Sequence record: PP968062.1
DNA: 64,000 bases
Reading direction: 5' to 3' (one strand)
The translations under genes and the position numbers were made by a program. The stretch's first letter is position 1; every line of letters starts with the position of its first letter. Shown piece after piece: positions 38,695 to 48,900 of this stretch. The notes beneath the pieces were generated by a model. That model saw only the letters and a list, made by a program, of their open reading frames with translations. It was not told where the DNA came from and searched no databases.

Positions 38695-38760
38695 GGCGTT
38701 GTTCCGGGCGGTGGGTATGGGGCTTGTAGACTTCGCTACATATTGTTACAACTTAAGTAT

Positions 38761-39243
38761 TTAACTACGACGAACGTTGAAACCAGAGATATTTTGGCGA
38801 CGACCTTGACGACGTTTTTCAAAAGTTCGCATGGTTTGAATACCAGAGATAGTGGGTTCTGGTGATAACAGATCATGTACCAAACGACCTAGTAATTCTT
38901 TCTGCTCAGGAATGAATTCGAAGTGTTCATCTGGCGGTAACCCTTGCCGGGAACCTTCTAGCCAAGCACGATCGATTGGATGGGTAATGCCATTCAAACT
39001 ACCAAACTCTAGGAAAGGAATATCGGATGCATTAGCATTAAACTCAGCCGCCAACTGACATGCTTTGCTATGTGCGACGTATAACTTTACATCAGCTTCC
39101 CATTCCGTCATTTCACTCATGTGCCGAACTACAACTTCAACACCGAGATCCTTCAGGAAAGAAGTAACCTCAGCGTAATACTTTTCAGATAGCTCGACTT
39201 TACCAAACTTAGGGCTACCTTTGATGATGACTACTTTAACCAT
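38761..39243 (-). CDS. hypothetical alpha/beta protein
   Basis: 160 aa with VVIIKG and YVAHSKA strands. Confidence 0.6.
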   Translation of the reverse strand: MVKVVIIKGSPKFGKVELSEKYYAEVTSFLKDLGVEVVVRHMSEMTEWEADVKLYVAHSKACQLAAEFNANASDIPFLEFGSLNGITHPIDRAWLEGSRQGLPPDEHFEFIPEQKELLGRLVHDLLSPEPTISGIQTMRTFEKRRQGRRQNISGFNVRRS

Positions 39244-39303
39244 GATAGTGTCTCGAATGCTGGATTATAGGATTGAGAGCAAAAAAAAAAGAAAGAAGAG
39301 CAC

Positions 39304-39323
39304 GGAGTCCCCAAAGGGACTCC
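39304..39323 (-). terminator. intrinsic terminator
   Basis: GGAGTCCC-TTTG-GGGACTCC followed by a long T run. Confidence 0.75.
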
Positions 39324-39332
39324 ATTATGTCG

Positions 39333-40052
39333 TCATTTGATCCCATCGTAAATATCACGACGAGCTGGATTAATACCGGCAACTTGAGACTTCCGGTTAT
39401 CGATGTAACACAGGTAGTCATCACAGGTGGCAGTCTTGACGAAAGGAATCAGCTGAGCGAGTTCCAGCAGGGTCCATTCTTTACCGAGATAACTGCAACG
39501 CTCCATCTCTACGTTGCAATACACATTGTAAAGGGTCTCAGTAAAACGCAGATCAAGAGTTTCACCATCCGCCTTCTTATCGTTGTATTGGGAAGGCATC
39601 AGATCACGGATAGGGAACTCATGTTTCAGAGAACCATTACCATACTTAATAGCAGTGAACGTATTCTCAATCATGGTTAGGTAATAACCACGAGGTAGAC
39701 CCCAGTAGGTAGTACCCACATGACCACGTACAATCCCAACGAGTTGACCATAGGTATCATGACAGTATTCGTTAATGCAGATGGCTTCTACATTACCGTT
39801 AGTTGGGTAGCTATAAACCTCGGTCGGTTTAGAGCGCTTGGCGACCACTACAGTGATTTCTTCAGGCCAAGTCTTCCAGCCGCACACTCCATGGCGAGAA
39901 TCGTTGTCAAAGAAGCACGGTGCAACTTGTGGGGTAAAAGTGGAATAGAACAACGGAGTCTGTGCATAGATCAGTGGTTCTTTTATATCTTGAGCCAGTG
40001 CAGGGAAAGCAATAGCCAGTAGAGCGAGTACAGCAACCTTGATAAAGCGCAT
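39333..40052 (-). CDS. exported Cys-rich hypothetical protein
   Basis: Signal peptide MRFIKVAVLALLAIAFPALA; eight Cys; start at 40052 (GAGG SD). Confidence 0.7.
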   Translation of the reverse strand: MRFIKVAVLALLAIAFPALAQDIKEPLIYAQTPLFYSTFTPQVAPCFFDNDSRHGVCGWKTWPEEITVVVAKRSKPTEVYSYPTNGNVEAICINEYCHDTYGQLVGIVRGHVGTTYWGLPRGYYLTMIENTFTAIKYGNGSLKHEFPIRDLMPSQYNDKKADGETLDLRFTETLYNVYCNVEMERCSYLGKEWTLLELAQLIPFVKTATCDDYLCYIDNRKSQVAGINPARRDIYDGIK

Positions 40053-40073
40053 TTGAAATATCCTCTTAGATGA

Positions 40074-40099
40074 CATAAAGGGTTCCCGAAGGAACCCCT
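40074..40099 (-). terminator. intrinsic terminator
   Basis: AAGGGTTCC-TTCG-GGAACCCTT followed by TATG. Confidence 0.8.
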
Positions 40100-40111
40100 T
40101 ACGTTTACGAC

Positions 40112-40333
40112 TTAAGGAGCGAGTTGATAGTACTTACCAAACTCAGCACGAGGTAGGGAGAAACCATCTTGACGGTCACCCATGCGTTTCAGATAGACTT
40201 TGTTGGTCTTGACCTTATCCAACGTAACAGCGGTAGTGATACCGTTGCGTTTCACAATAAACGTACGACCGATGTAGTCAGCCAGAGTATCGTCGATTTC
40301 CGATGCTTGGATGTAGCGTTTCTCAGACATCAT
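40112..40333 (-). CDS. small hypothetical protein (SH3/KOW-like beta fold possible)
   Basis: 73 aa, AAGGA SD. Confidence 0.65.
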   Translation of the reverse strand: MMSEKRYIQASEIDDTLADYIGRTFIVKRNGITTAVTLDKVKTNKVYLKRMGDRQDGFSLPRAEFGKYYQLAP

Positions 40334-40340
40334 GTTTCCT

Positions 40341-41411
40341 TTATTCGTCGACAGCCGGAGTTTCAGGTTCTACCGGTTCATCTTTGTTGATCAGATCTTT
40401 CCAATCTTGCAGCCGTTCATGGAAGTGGAACAGCGAATGGATTTCGCGGTTCAGCTCACCAACACGCGCCGGATGGAAGATAGTCTCGTCATTGGTCTTT
40501 TCGAAGATCTTACGTACAATCTTCTTGGCCAGGTCTTTGTAATACGGCAGGAGTTCTTCTCGACCCAAAATCACCTCTTTGATAATTTGGGTTTCAGCGT
40601 ATTGCTCCAGTGCCACTTCCAGATCAAAGGCAGCCGGTTCAACAGGTTCTTCGTCAACAGAAGATTGTTGTACAGCATCGCCGCTTTCATCGTGCTCTTC
40701 CCCAGGGATAGTTTCCGGAGGAAGATGGCCGCTGTCCTCGGCTTTCTCTTCAAGTACATCTTTAGCTCGCAGAGCTTCGTGGGCTTGAACAGTATCAATG
40801 ATGAATTGAACTTGTTCATCAATGGGAGCCGCGCCGTCAATTACCTTAGTCGAAGGACTAAACTTAATCTGAGCGTATGCGTTGTTAACACGAGTTTGGT
40901 AAACTTCGTCAGCTTCATAACGATCCAGAGAACGACCACTGTTAACCATACGTTCTTTCCGTACTTCCTCAGGAGTTTCCAGATAGAAGCACAGCGGTTC
41001 AGGAACACCATCACCGATAACATGCGGCATTATACCCATGAACAGATCTGCCAGATTCGGATTGGTGTCCAGATAAGGAGCTACGTTCAAGCACCAAGTA
41101 GAGAAAACAAAGCGATCAGATACAACCCATTTACCTTCATTCAGAGATGGCTTGACGATATTCTGGATATTCTGTCGGCGATATGCCATATGCAGGAAAA
41201 TATCTGAAACTGGGTCAATCTTTTCTTCACGATGTTTCAATAGAACAGTGCGAATCTCTTCAGCCATTTCCGTTCCACCCGGTTCACGAAGAGCCACGTG
41301 GTCGATACCATCAGCTTTGAGTCGTTCAATAAGAGCACGATGCAGAGTGGATTTACCAGAGAACTCGGGGCCTTCCAGTACGATGAAATTGCGGCTAGCG
41401 GTTTGGGACAT
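40341..41411 (-). CDS. tmk: thymidylate kinase with a C-terminal extension
   Basis: FIVLEGPEFSGKST, REPGGT, VVSDRF. Start at 41411. Confidence 0.92.
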   Translation of the reverse strand: MSQTASRNFIVLEGPEFSGKSTLHRALIERLKADGIDHVALREPGGTEMAEEIRTVLLKHREEKIDPVSDIFLHMAYRRQNIQNIVKPSLNEGKWVVSDRFVFSTWCLNVAPYLDTNPNLADLFMGIMPHVIGDGVPEPLCFYLETPEEVRKERMVNSGRSLDRYEADEVYQTRVNNAYAQIKFSPSTKVIDGAAPIDEQVQFIIDTVQAHEALRAKDVLEEKAEDSGHLPPETIPGEEHDESGDAVQQSSVDEEPVEPAAFDLEVALEQYAETQIIKEVILGREELLPYYKDLAKKIVRKIFEKTNDETIFHPARVGELNREIHSLFHFHERLQDWKDLINKDEPVEPETPAVDE

Positions 41412-41451
41412 TTTGTTTCCTGTATTTACACAAAAATGAATTGGAAAGAGT

Positions 41452-41469
41452 GGGGCTCCGTAGAGCCCC
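41452..41469 (-). terminator. possible terminator/hairpin
   Basis: GGGGCTC-N4-GAGCCCC with a weak T tail. Confidence 0.45.
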
Positions 41470-41475
41470 AATCGA

Positions 41476-41895
41476 TCAGGTATTTACTTCTTCGAACAGC
41501 TGGTTGATATGAGCGCACACACGCTTCATCTCAGCCGAGTTGGTCTTGGTTGCAACAGTAACGACAGTGTGGTCTTTACCTTCACGACTGAAGATGCCAG
41601 CCACCGTGGAATTGGTGGTACCCATGTTGTAGTTAAAGCCGATCTCAGAAAGATCCGGATTTTCCTTCATGCGAGTTGCAGCTTGTTCACCAGCAACCAG
41701 GGTAACGCCTGCCAGGAGTTCACCCTCCAGACGTTCTTTCTTCTTCAGCTGATCAAGGCTGATACCAGCGCCACCCAGGACAACCGACTCGTAGAGATCC
41801 GAGGGGATGTCGAAGGTATTGGCTTCACCGAGAATCACCTTCTCGCGGAGTTTGTGTTCTTCGATGAATGCAAAGCTCTTCAGATCTTTAGACAT
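41476..41895 (-). CDS. hypothetical protein
   Basis: 139 aa, AAGGA SD. Confidence 0.7.
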   Translation of the reverse strand: MSKDLKSFAFIEEHKLREKVILGEANTFDIPSDLYESVVLGGAGISLDQLKKKERLEGELLAGVTLVAGEQAATRMKENPDLSEIGFNYNMGTTNSTVAGIFSREGKDHTVVTVATKTNSAEMKRVCAHINQLFEEVNT

Positions 41896-41954
41896 GTGAG
41901 TATTTCCTTGTGAAAGTTTGATGTGTTGGTTTTGAGGGGTGGTTCAAATACAAC

Positions 41955-42155
41955 CTACTCTACTGTAAATTCCTTACGGTCATGAGAGGCTGTAAGAGAA
42001 GCCATTGTATTACGCTCATCGAAGATACGCCTGGACATCGCGACCAGTTCTCCAAGTCGAGGTAGAGGCATCATACGCATGTCCGATTCATCGAACTTCG
42101 CGCCGCCTCCAAGACAGGGAGTTTCCCAACAACAGGAGCAATCAGAGAGAGCCAT
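41955..42155 (-). CDS. small hypothetical protein
   Basis: 66 aa, Cys-rich N-terminus. Confidence 0.4.
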   Translation of the reverse strand: MALSDCSCCWETPCLGGGAKFDESDMRMMPLPRLGELVAMSRRIFDERNTMASLTASHDRKEFTVE

Positions 42156-42164
42156 AACGATTCC

Positions 42165-42659
42165 TTAGACCATACGTGCCGGAATACCGAAACGAGTAAT
42201 CAACCTGACCGGTTGATCGATGTCTTCCACTACATGTACATCCACGCTGACGTAACCGTCGTATTGCAGACGTTCATAAACGCTCTGGGTGATCAACGGC
42301 CAGAACTTCTTATCGGCTCCGAACAGAGTCTCGATATGGAAGGTCAGCCGGCCATTATTACCAGTTGCCCAGTTTTCGGGTTCGGCCATTGCACGACCGA
42401 TCTTACCCATGATGCCTTCAAGCATATTGTAGAAACATGGAACAGTTGCGCGGAGCAGACGAGTGGCGGTAGACGAATGGCATAAGCCGTGAATACCTTC
42501 TTCGATGTGTTCCACTTTGGCTTTGCCTCCTGTACCAACGGCATAGTCTATCTGTTCTTGCAGAGTGTCACCGAGAGTAGTATGTACATGCATGTTGCCT
42601 TCGGAATCACTGACCACGTAAGTATAAGGTTTATTGTGGTCGATATTCTGTTCTTTCAT
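42165..42659 (-). CDS. hypothetical protein
   Basis: 164 aa, downstream of the promoter motif at 42781. Confidence 0.65.
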   Translation of the reverse strand: MKEQNIDHNKPYTYVVSDSEGNMHVHTTLGDTLQEQIDYAVGTGGKAKVEHIEEGIHGLCHSSTATRLLRATVPCFYNMLEGIMGKIGRAMAEPENWATGNNGRLTFHIETLFGADKKFWPLITQSVYERLQYDGYVSVDVHVVEDIDQPVRLITRFGIPARMV

Positions 42660-42780
42660 TTTTTACTGCCTTCTATTAAAAGGAATTAACTTGTCATTTA
42701 CGATATCATTCTCGCGAATGGATAGATTGTTAGCTGTTACATGATGATACCCTCAAGATATTAATCTCTAATGCATAACT

Positions 42781-42806
42781 GTGATATAGATTTCAAATTA
42801 TTTTTA
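42781..42806 (-). promoter_or_regulatory. putative early promoter
   Basis: Minus strand TAAAAATAATTTGAAATCTATATCAC. Confidence 0.55.
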
Positions 42807-42812
42807 ATGGAA

Positions 42813-42843
42813 CATAAAGCCTCCCCGAAGGGAGGCATTTATA
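42813..42843 (-). terminator. intrinsic terminator
   Basis: GCCTCCC-TTCG-GGGAGGC followed by TTTATG. Confidence 0.85.
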
Positions 42844-43428
42844 TTAGTTACCTTCGTAGGTGCCTTCAGTGCCTTGTTCTTGGCGACGAGCCAGGCGAGC
42901 ACGAATCACTTCACGAGCAGCCTTCATGTGGAACAGAGCCTTCTCGTTTTCTTCACAGGCGAACTTACCTTCTTGGAAACCTTCGAACACGATGATCGAA
43001 GCAGTCAGCAGGTCTTCGACAGTTACGCCGTTAACGCCAACTTCCGGGATCACACCATTCTGAAGCAGGATTACCAGTTCCAGTTTATTATCACCCGGTT
43101 CAGCAGCTTTGTTGCTAGCTGCATCGAAACCAGAGATCACGATACGCTTAGGAGCACCAGACAGTTCATCAATGCCGTAAGCATCGATAGTCTTGCCACC
43201 GGAGCTACCCGATACCTGACCATCTTCCATTTGTTCAACGGAGATGTCGATAGTGGTGCTTACACCAACGCCATCGGGTTGCGATTCAGCATTAGCATTG
43301 TCTACATCCAGATTGCCTTGGTCGAGGTCTTTAACCTCGGTTTCAGATTCAACCTTAGTGACGTCTACCGGTTGGGCAACGCCGTCCTGGCTCTCTACAC
43401 CGAGAGCCCATTCCAGACCTTTCATCAA
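42844..43428 (-). CDS. tad1: Tad1-like nucleotide-signal sponge with an acidic N-terminal extension
   Basis: C-terminal ILLQNG..PEVGVNGVTVEDLL....FEGFQEGKFACEENEKALFH...R...RR..GTEGT parallels the Tad1 pattern (IKFQKG..E...HGV...DLL...FQAGPF..REN..AL.H...R...R..VLGT). Confidence 0.8.
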   Translation of the reverse strand: MMKGLEWALGVESQDGVAQPVDVTKVESETEVKDLDQGNLDVDNANAESQPDGVGVSTTIDISVEQMEDGQVSGSSGGKTIDAYGIDELSGAPKRIVISGFDAASNKAAEPGDNKLELVILLQNGVIPEVGVNGVTVEDLLTASIIVFEGFQEGKFACEENEKALFHMKAAREVIRARLARRQEQGTEGTYEGN

Positions 43429-43434
43429 TTCACC

Positions 43435-43905
43435 TTAGGAGTAGCGGACTTTAACGAGTTGCAGAAGCAGCTCTACAGCGTAGTTACCGTCGGCTTTGGC
43501 GATACCCGGCATTTGTGCACGGATGCCAGCCATGGCGGCAGCTTTGCGCTTCAGAATATTGCGTTCTTTGCCGTTCTCGATTTCAGCTACCTCGTAGATC
43601 AGTGTATTGACGGCGACGTTCTCAATGGAAGCATTGATACGAGCACCGGCGGTGTATTTGCGAACCAGTTTGCGCAGTTCAGCCTCCAGGTTCTGGCCAC
43701 GATATTGCTCGGCGTCCAGATAACCAGTTGCCAGTTCAGCGAAATTACGAACACCCGATTTACCAACCAGGAGATTGGTCAGGGTATCGACAGGCAGAGT
43801 GGCAGCCAATTGAGCCAGGTCGTTACCTTTTACTTCAGCGCGGGCCAGTTCCAGAACGGAGTCAACACCGAGGAGTTTCAGAGCGATTTTACGAACGATA
43901 GACAT
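43435..43905 (-). CDS. hypothetical protein
   Basis: Start at 43905 (AAGGA SD); helical. Confidence 0.65.
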   Translation of the reverse strand: MSIVRKIALKLLGVDSVLELARAEVKGNDLAQLAATLPVDTLTNLLVGKSGVRNFAELATGYLDAEQYRGQNLEAELRKLVRKYTAGARINASIENVAVNTLIYEVAEIENGKERNILKRKAAAMAGIRAQMPGIAKADGNYAVELLLQLVKVRYS

Positions 43906-43921
43906 TATTGCGTTTCCTTTG

Positions 43922-45898
43922 TTAGAAGCGATCAGAAGTTTGTGCGAAGGAAGAGACCGTACGAGCGACCTCACCATCGAGAACCCAAGACATCAGGTTC
44001 GAAGGACTACGCCAGGATTTGAAACTCTGCACTGCACGAGTCAGGTTCAAGTTCAAACGTTTACCAGCGTAATAGAAGTCAGCCCAGGATTGTGAAGTTA
44101 GAGTCGACACGTAATCTTGGAACAGACTTTGTTCATCCCACACCGCTCCATCAGTAAGAGCAAGCGCAGTAGCAATACCACCGTCACCACCTACAGCTTC
44201 ACCAGCCGTTGCTGCTACAGCACGACCAGCAGTACCCAACCAGCTCGGACTAGCAAAGCCAGCCTTAAGAGGGATGTGCATCAGCTTAGATAGATCTTTA
44301 ACGCTGAAGGTAACTTCACAGCCAAGCATCTCATGCTCGGCGTTCCAACCTACGTTACCAACACCACGACGGATTTGAATACTGTCTACGATCCCCAACT
44401 GTCTCTGCACTCGACCTTTATGGAAGATCTGACAGATGAACGGAGATGTGTAGGCACTTCGACCAGCTGACCTTGGTAATCCCATTGGGAGAATCATGGC
44501 AAGTGGTACGTATATGTTCATGAACCTGGATATTTTATTTCCATACGGGGAGATCAACTGTACCGTGTAGGAAGCAGATGGTAGAGATGCCATCGCGGAT
44601 TCCCAGTATTCAGGAGCATCTACGAATGCTGCGCCTGCAAGGGTTTCTAGACCAGACAAGTTAACTGAGTCTAACGCGCCAGAAACAAAACTTTTAACCA
44701 TTTCAGTAACTGCACCAACCCCTTCAGTAATGTTACCACCCATGAAGTCGAAGGATGCAGCGCGACCTTCACCTACTTTCGTGTTCAGTGTTTGTACAAC
44801 ACCTACGTCACGAGTAGTGTTAGTGAAGGATTCGGAAACTTCGCCATTATAGTCAACACGGAATGTAACGAACTGAGAGCCGTCACGTTGTGCACCTACA
44901 ACGAAGTCGTATACGTTTTTGAGTTCACCCCAACTGGAGAAAGACTCGGTATCAATCACACCATTCTTTTCAGAAGGCTTCTTATCAGCTTCAAGATACT
45001 TCAGGAAGTAATCACGAGAGTCAGCGCCAGGTCGTGGGTCGCTAACAGCTTTAGCCATTTCCGATTCAATGCCACTACGAAGCTCCGCTAGAGTACGAGC
45101 TTTCTCAGCCATTGCTCGCATGGACTTCTGCGCTTGGTCAGACATCCGCTGCGTACGGCCAGCCAAAGACATTACGTCTACACCGCCATCAGGACGGAAG
45201 AACCCAGGGAAGATCTCATGCATACGCCTAACGTCATCCAACCCTACACGATGACCAGGGTCTTCAAGAGGACGTTGGGTATCATCGAGGATACGGGGAA
45301 CCATACCCATGGCAATTGCAAATTCGTTAGCCAGTGTGTTTACGGCAGACCAATACGCGTGCATAGTTGGTTTGAAGTAGAACCACTTAGAAGGCTGTGA
45401 TTTAGTCAAGAAGCTAATAACTCGGGATACGCCAGTTACCCCAAGGATGAACGGTTGCAGCGGCAGAGTGATGAAATAACCAGTAACGTTACCTAGGTTA
45501 TACCAAAGGTCAGACGTAACGCCAGTGTTAGCTAAGCCAGCTGCGGAGCGATCGTAGAAGTTGGTGAAGAACGATAGCCAGCTCGAATAACGAGGGACAC
45601 CGAACGACATATGGACTTCTTGTTTGGTATCATCATGAGCTTCGGAATAATACCGACCCATACCCAAGAAACGATCTTCATAAGTGCGTCCCCGACCCGG
45701 TTGACGGATATCGGCGTAGCGAGTGTACTGTGGGAGCGGGTTAATAGCGTAGCTACCACCCAGCGACGTGTTTGTGAATTTGAAAGCAGCCGAGTTAGCA
45801 TAGCGCCGTTTGGTTTGAGAACCGTAAGAGTTCTTGTTATCGTTGATCGGTAACAAGAAGGCTTGGCGCAACCAAATAGGCTTAACATCTGTTGCCAT
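43922..45898 (-). CDS. virion structural (tail/baseplate) protein, phiKZ gp182-like
   Basis: 658 aa, immediately downstream of the gp181-like gene; [23 protein letters not shown]. Confidence 0.75.
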   Translation of the reverse strand: MATDVKPIWLRQAFLLPINDNKNSYGSQTKRRYANSAAFKFTNTSLGGSYAINPLPQYTRYADIRQPGRGRTYEDRFLGMGRYYSEAHDDTKQEVHMSFGVPRYSSWLSFFTNFYDRSAAGLANTGVTSDLWYNLGNVTGYFITLPLQPFILGVTGVSRVISFLTKSQPSKWFYFKPTMHAYWSAVNTLANEFAIAMGMVPRILDDTQRPLEDPGHRVGLDDVRRMHEIFPGFFRPDGGVDVMSLAGRTQRMSDQAQKSMRAMAEKARTLAELRSGIESEMAKAVSDPRPGADSRDYFLKYLEADKKPSEKNGVIDTESFSSWGELKNVYDFVVGAQRDGSQFVTFRVDYNGEVSESFTNTTRDVGVVQTLNTKVGEGRAASFDFMGGNITEGVGAVTEMVKSFVSGALDSVNLSGLETLAGAAFVDAPEYWESAMASLPSASYTVQLISPYGNKISRFMNIYVPLAMILPMGLPRSAGRSAYTSPFICQIFHKGRVQRQLGIVDSIQIRRGVGNVGWNAEHEMLGCEVTFSVKDLSKLMHIPLKAGFASPSWLGTAGRAVAATAGEAVGGDGGIATALALTDGAVWDEQSLFQDYVSTLTSQSWADFYYAGKRLNLNLTRAVQSFKSWRSPSNLMSWVLDGEVARTVSSFAQTSDRF

Positions 45899-45921
45899 TT
45901 TGATTTCCTTTTTAAACGGAA

Positions 45922-45945
45922 AATAAAGCCTCCCCGAAGGGAGGC
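45922..45945 (-). terminator. intrinsic terminator
   Basis: GCCTCCC-TTCG-GGGAGGC followed by TTTATTTT. Confidence 0.85.
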
Positions 45946-45952
45946 TCCATGA

Positions 45953-48900
45953 TTAAGTTAACGAGAGTGGCGACGGACGATTACTCGCGGGCGCCGATCT
46001 CATCAACGTGGAGGTCATACTATTATTTCCCCCACTACCGGTTTTTGCAGTCTCTTGCGTACCACTGGACTTTTGTTCGTTCAATTGTACCAGACGCTTG
46101 AGATGATCACGCATCTCAAGCAACGTCTTCAGTTGTTCAGCTTGGATGTCATCTACCTGCTGAGCCTTCTCGTTATTACGACGTATTTCGGCTTGACGTG
46201 TAGAGTTCTGTTGCTGGGCAACTTGCATAGCTGCTTCTTGTTGAGCTTGGACTACTGTGTTACCCGAATCGGCAGATGGGTTAGCGCCACTTGTAGTAGC
46301 ACCACCAACTGGCGACATCGGTGTAATACCTGGCAATACCGGAGTCTGCGCAGCAGCGCCGGTAGCGCTGTACGCTTCCTCACGAGCAACAGCATCTTTA
46401 CCAGCCTGACCGTTGTCTTCACTATTCCAGAGTTCAGCAGCAGATGCCTTAGCGTTAGCTTTGGCTTGTTCCTCTGTTGCCTCCTCAGTAGTCATGTTCT
46501 TACCAGCTTCTTGCGTGGCTACAGAGCTACCTTCTGCACCACCACGATGCTTCGCAATCTTCTCTTCGAACATCTGGTAGATTTCCCCGAGGGTACGAGG
46601 TTGGCCACCTTTCTTGTAGAAGATAGGACGGTTAGCGGATGCAGCTTCAGGGAATACCGATGCACCAATAGTGTCTTGATTACGAGTCAAGAACTTACGA
46701 GCGCCGCCAGGACCCATGAAGTGAGCAATGTACAGGTCTACGTCTGTCGGATCACGACCCAGTGCATCTTTCAGGAAGGTGTAGTTATCCTTAATGAAGC
46801 ACGCACCCATCAGGGCGTTGATACGTGGATCAAGACGTAGGCTACGAGCACCGTCGTCTGGCGGAATACCGAACTTGGAGCCATGTTTCTTCAACATTGC
46901 GTCCCAGGTATCATTGATAAACTGGAACCAGCCGGTAGCAGACGATGTCTTAGCTTTGACGGTGTAGTCGAAGTTAGACTCAAGAGATGCGAAGATGAAC
47001 AGGAGTTCTACAGGGATACCAACCATAGCTGCAACAGCTTGGAAGGTTTCGGCAGCAGCCTGACGAGACTTATTAGCTTTCGGATACGGAATCTGTTCCC
47101 ATGCACCACCGTTACCCTTCGTCAGGGTTCCGTAGGTTTTACCTGTAGCAGATACTTCACCGGCCAGACCAAGTTTGTACTTAGCACTTGCAGCAGAATC
47201 AGACACGTAGTCTATCGCTTCAGATGCTTTCGCCTTGGTGCTACCCCATGCATTACTTACGGTCTCTTTAGCAGAATCCCAAGTATTCGAAATGGATGCC
47301 ATTGCCCTCTCGGCAAAGCTACCACCTGCTGCGGCACTTTGAGTACCAGCTGCTTGGTCACCCGCAGATTGAGTTGGCGTAGACATGATGTCTTTGCTTG
47401 CATCTTTCTTGAGTTGTTCCAAGTCGGCTTCAGCCATTTTCTTGAGATCGTCTTTACTTCCTTTAACGGGGAAGAGGGAATCAACCTGCCATACACTGGC
47501 ACCATCTGTGTTAGTGGTACCCAGTACAGCATTACCTACAACAACTGCATCACTAGGCTTGAGTTTAGATTCCATGTTCGCAATGGTAGTACCTTGAGTA
47601 GTCCCGCGCATAGCACCGTAATAGGCACGTGCAACAGGCATGAAGCGACCAACGAACCAGTTGTAGTACGTTGCACGATCTTCATCATTACCCACGATAT
47701 CTTTACCAAACAGCGGAGCCGTTTCTTGCAGGATCGATTCTAGGTCACCACGGAACTCAGGAACACCTCCCTGCATGGATAGACCATTGAACACCATCGA
47801 TTCAGCATTCAACAGCGGATACACGTTGAAGAAGCTAAGTACTTCTAAACCGTAAGCACGCATCCGAATGGATTGTAATGCAGTCAGCTTAGTAGTAGCA
47901 GCTGCGGTAGCAACAATAGGAGCACCAGTAGAACCACCTAACCCAGGGAATGCTTTCTTAGCAGCAGCCAGAGGCATACTAGCTTTGGAAGGATCCATTG
48001 GACTAGGAGCGGTCTTACCAGTTGCAGTGTCAGCAGCTTTCTTAGCAGCGTCTTTAGCTTTATCAGCTACAGTCGTACCAGCGGCACCGCTTACATCCTT
48101 ACCTTCTTTCTTCTCGCCCGCTTTATAACGAACAAACAATGCTTTCCAAAGTTGATCAGCTGCCGGAATGGTATCTTCCAATTCACCTTCTTCAGAGAAC
48201 GGATCAACACGGTACTGCATCGGCGTATCACCCGACGTAGATACCTTAACAGCTTTAACCAAAGCACCTTTCAGTTCCTGAGGGAACTTATCATCGATCT
48301 CAACGAGTTTAATTTCATTCTTCTTGAGCTTAGCTAGAGCCTTAACCCAGGTCAAGAAGATCGGACGGAAACGAAGTTCCATCCAACGAGACATCCGCAT
48401 TACTTGGACGTCATTCTTAACATCGATGCCGAGGATATCTAGGATCGCTTTACCACCGACACCATTGATATTGAAATCAGGTTGTTCAGTGCGTTCGGTT
48501 ACCCGATCGAAAGCATCTTCCAGAGCTTGTACTTTTTGCTGTTGGTCGTGATCAGTGATACCGTATTGCAACATGCGAAGACGTCGGAACTCTGCCTTGT
48601 TATCGTTCATTTGACCGAAGATCGGTTTCAGAATGTAACGAGATGTCAGTTGGCCCAATGGGTTAAGACTCAGAGTAGTCAGGAGACCCGTCTGTTTAGC
48701 GTCCATCCCATCTTTGCTATAACCGTAAGCCATAGCGCCTGTACCAACCGCAGCAGCTGTACCACCAAGTAGCCAAGGAGCAGCACGTTTGGCCAGACCC
48801 ATAAGTCGACCTTTAGCACCACCCTTCATACCGCCGCCCATCAGTACGTCAAACGCACCCGAGCCTTCTTCGCCTTCAGTACCAGTAATCTTACTGAAGA

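Noticed and set aside
42844-43428. Acb2-type sponge assignment
   Set aside because: It lacks the Acb2 GYR-x-L...QP signature; the pattern matches Tad1 instead.
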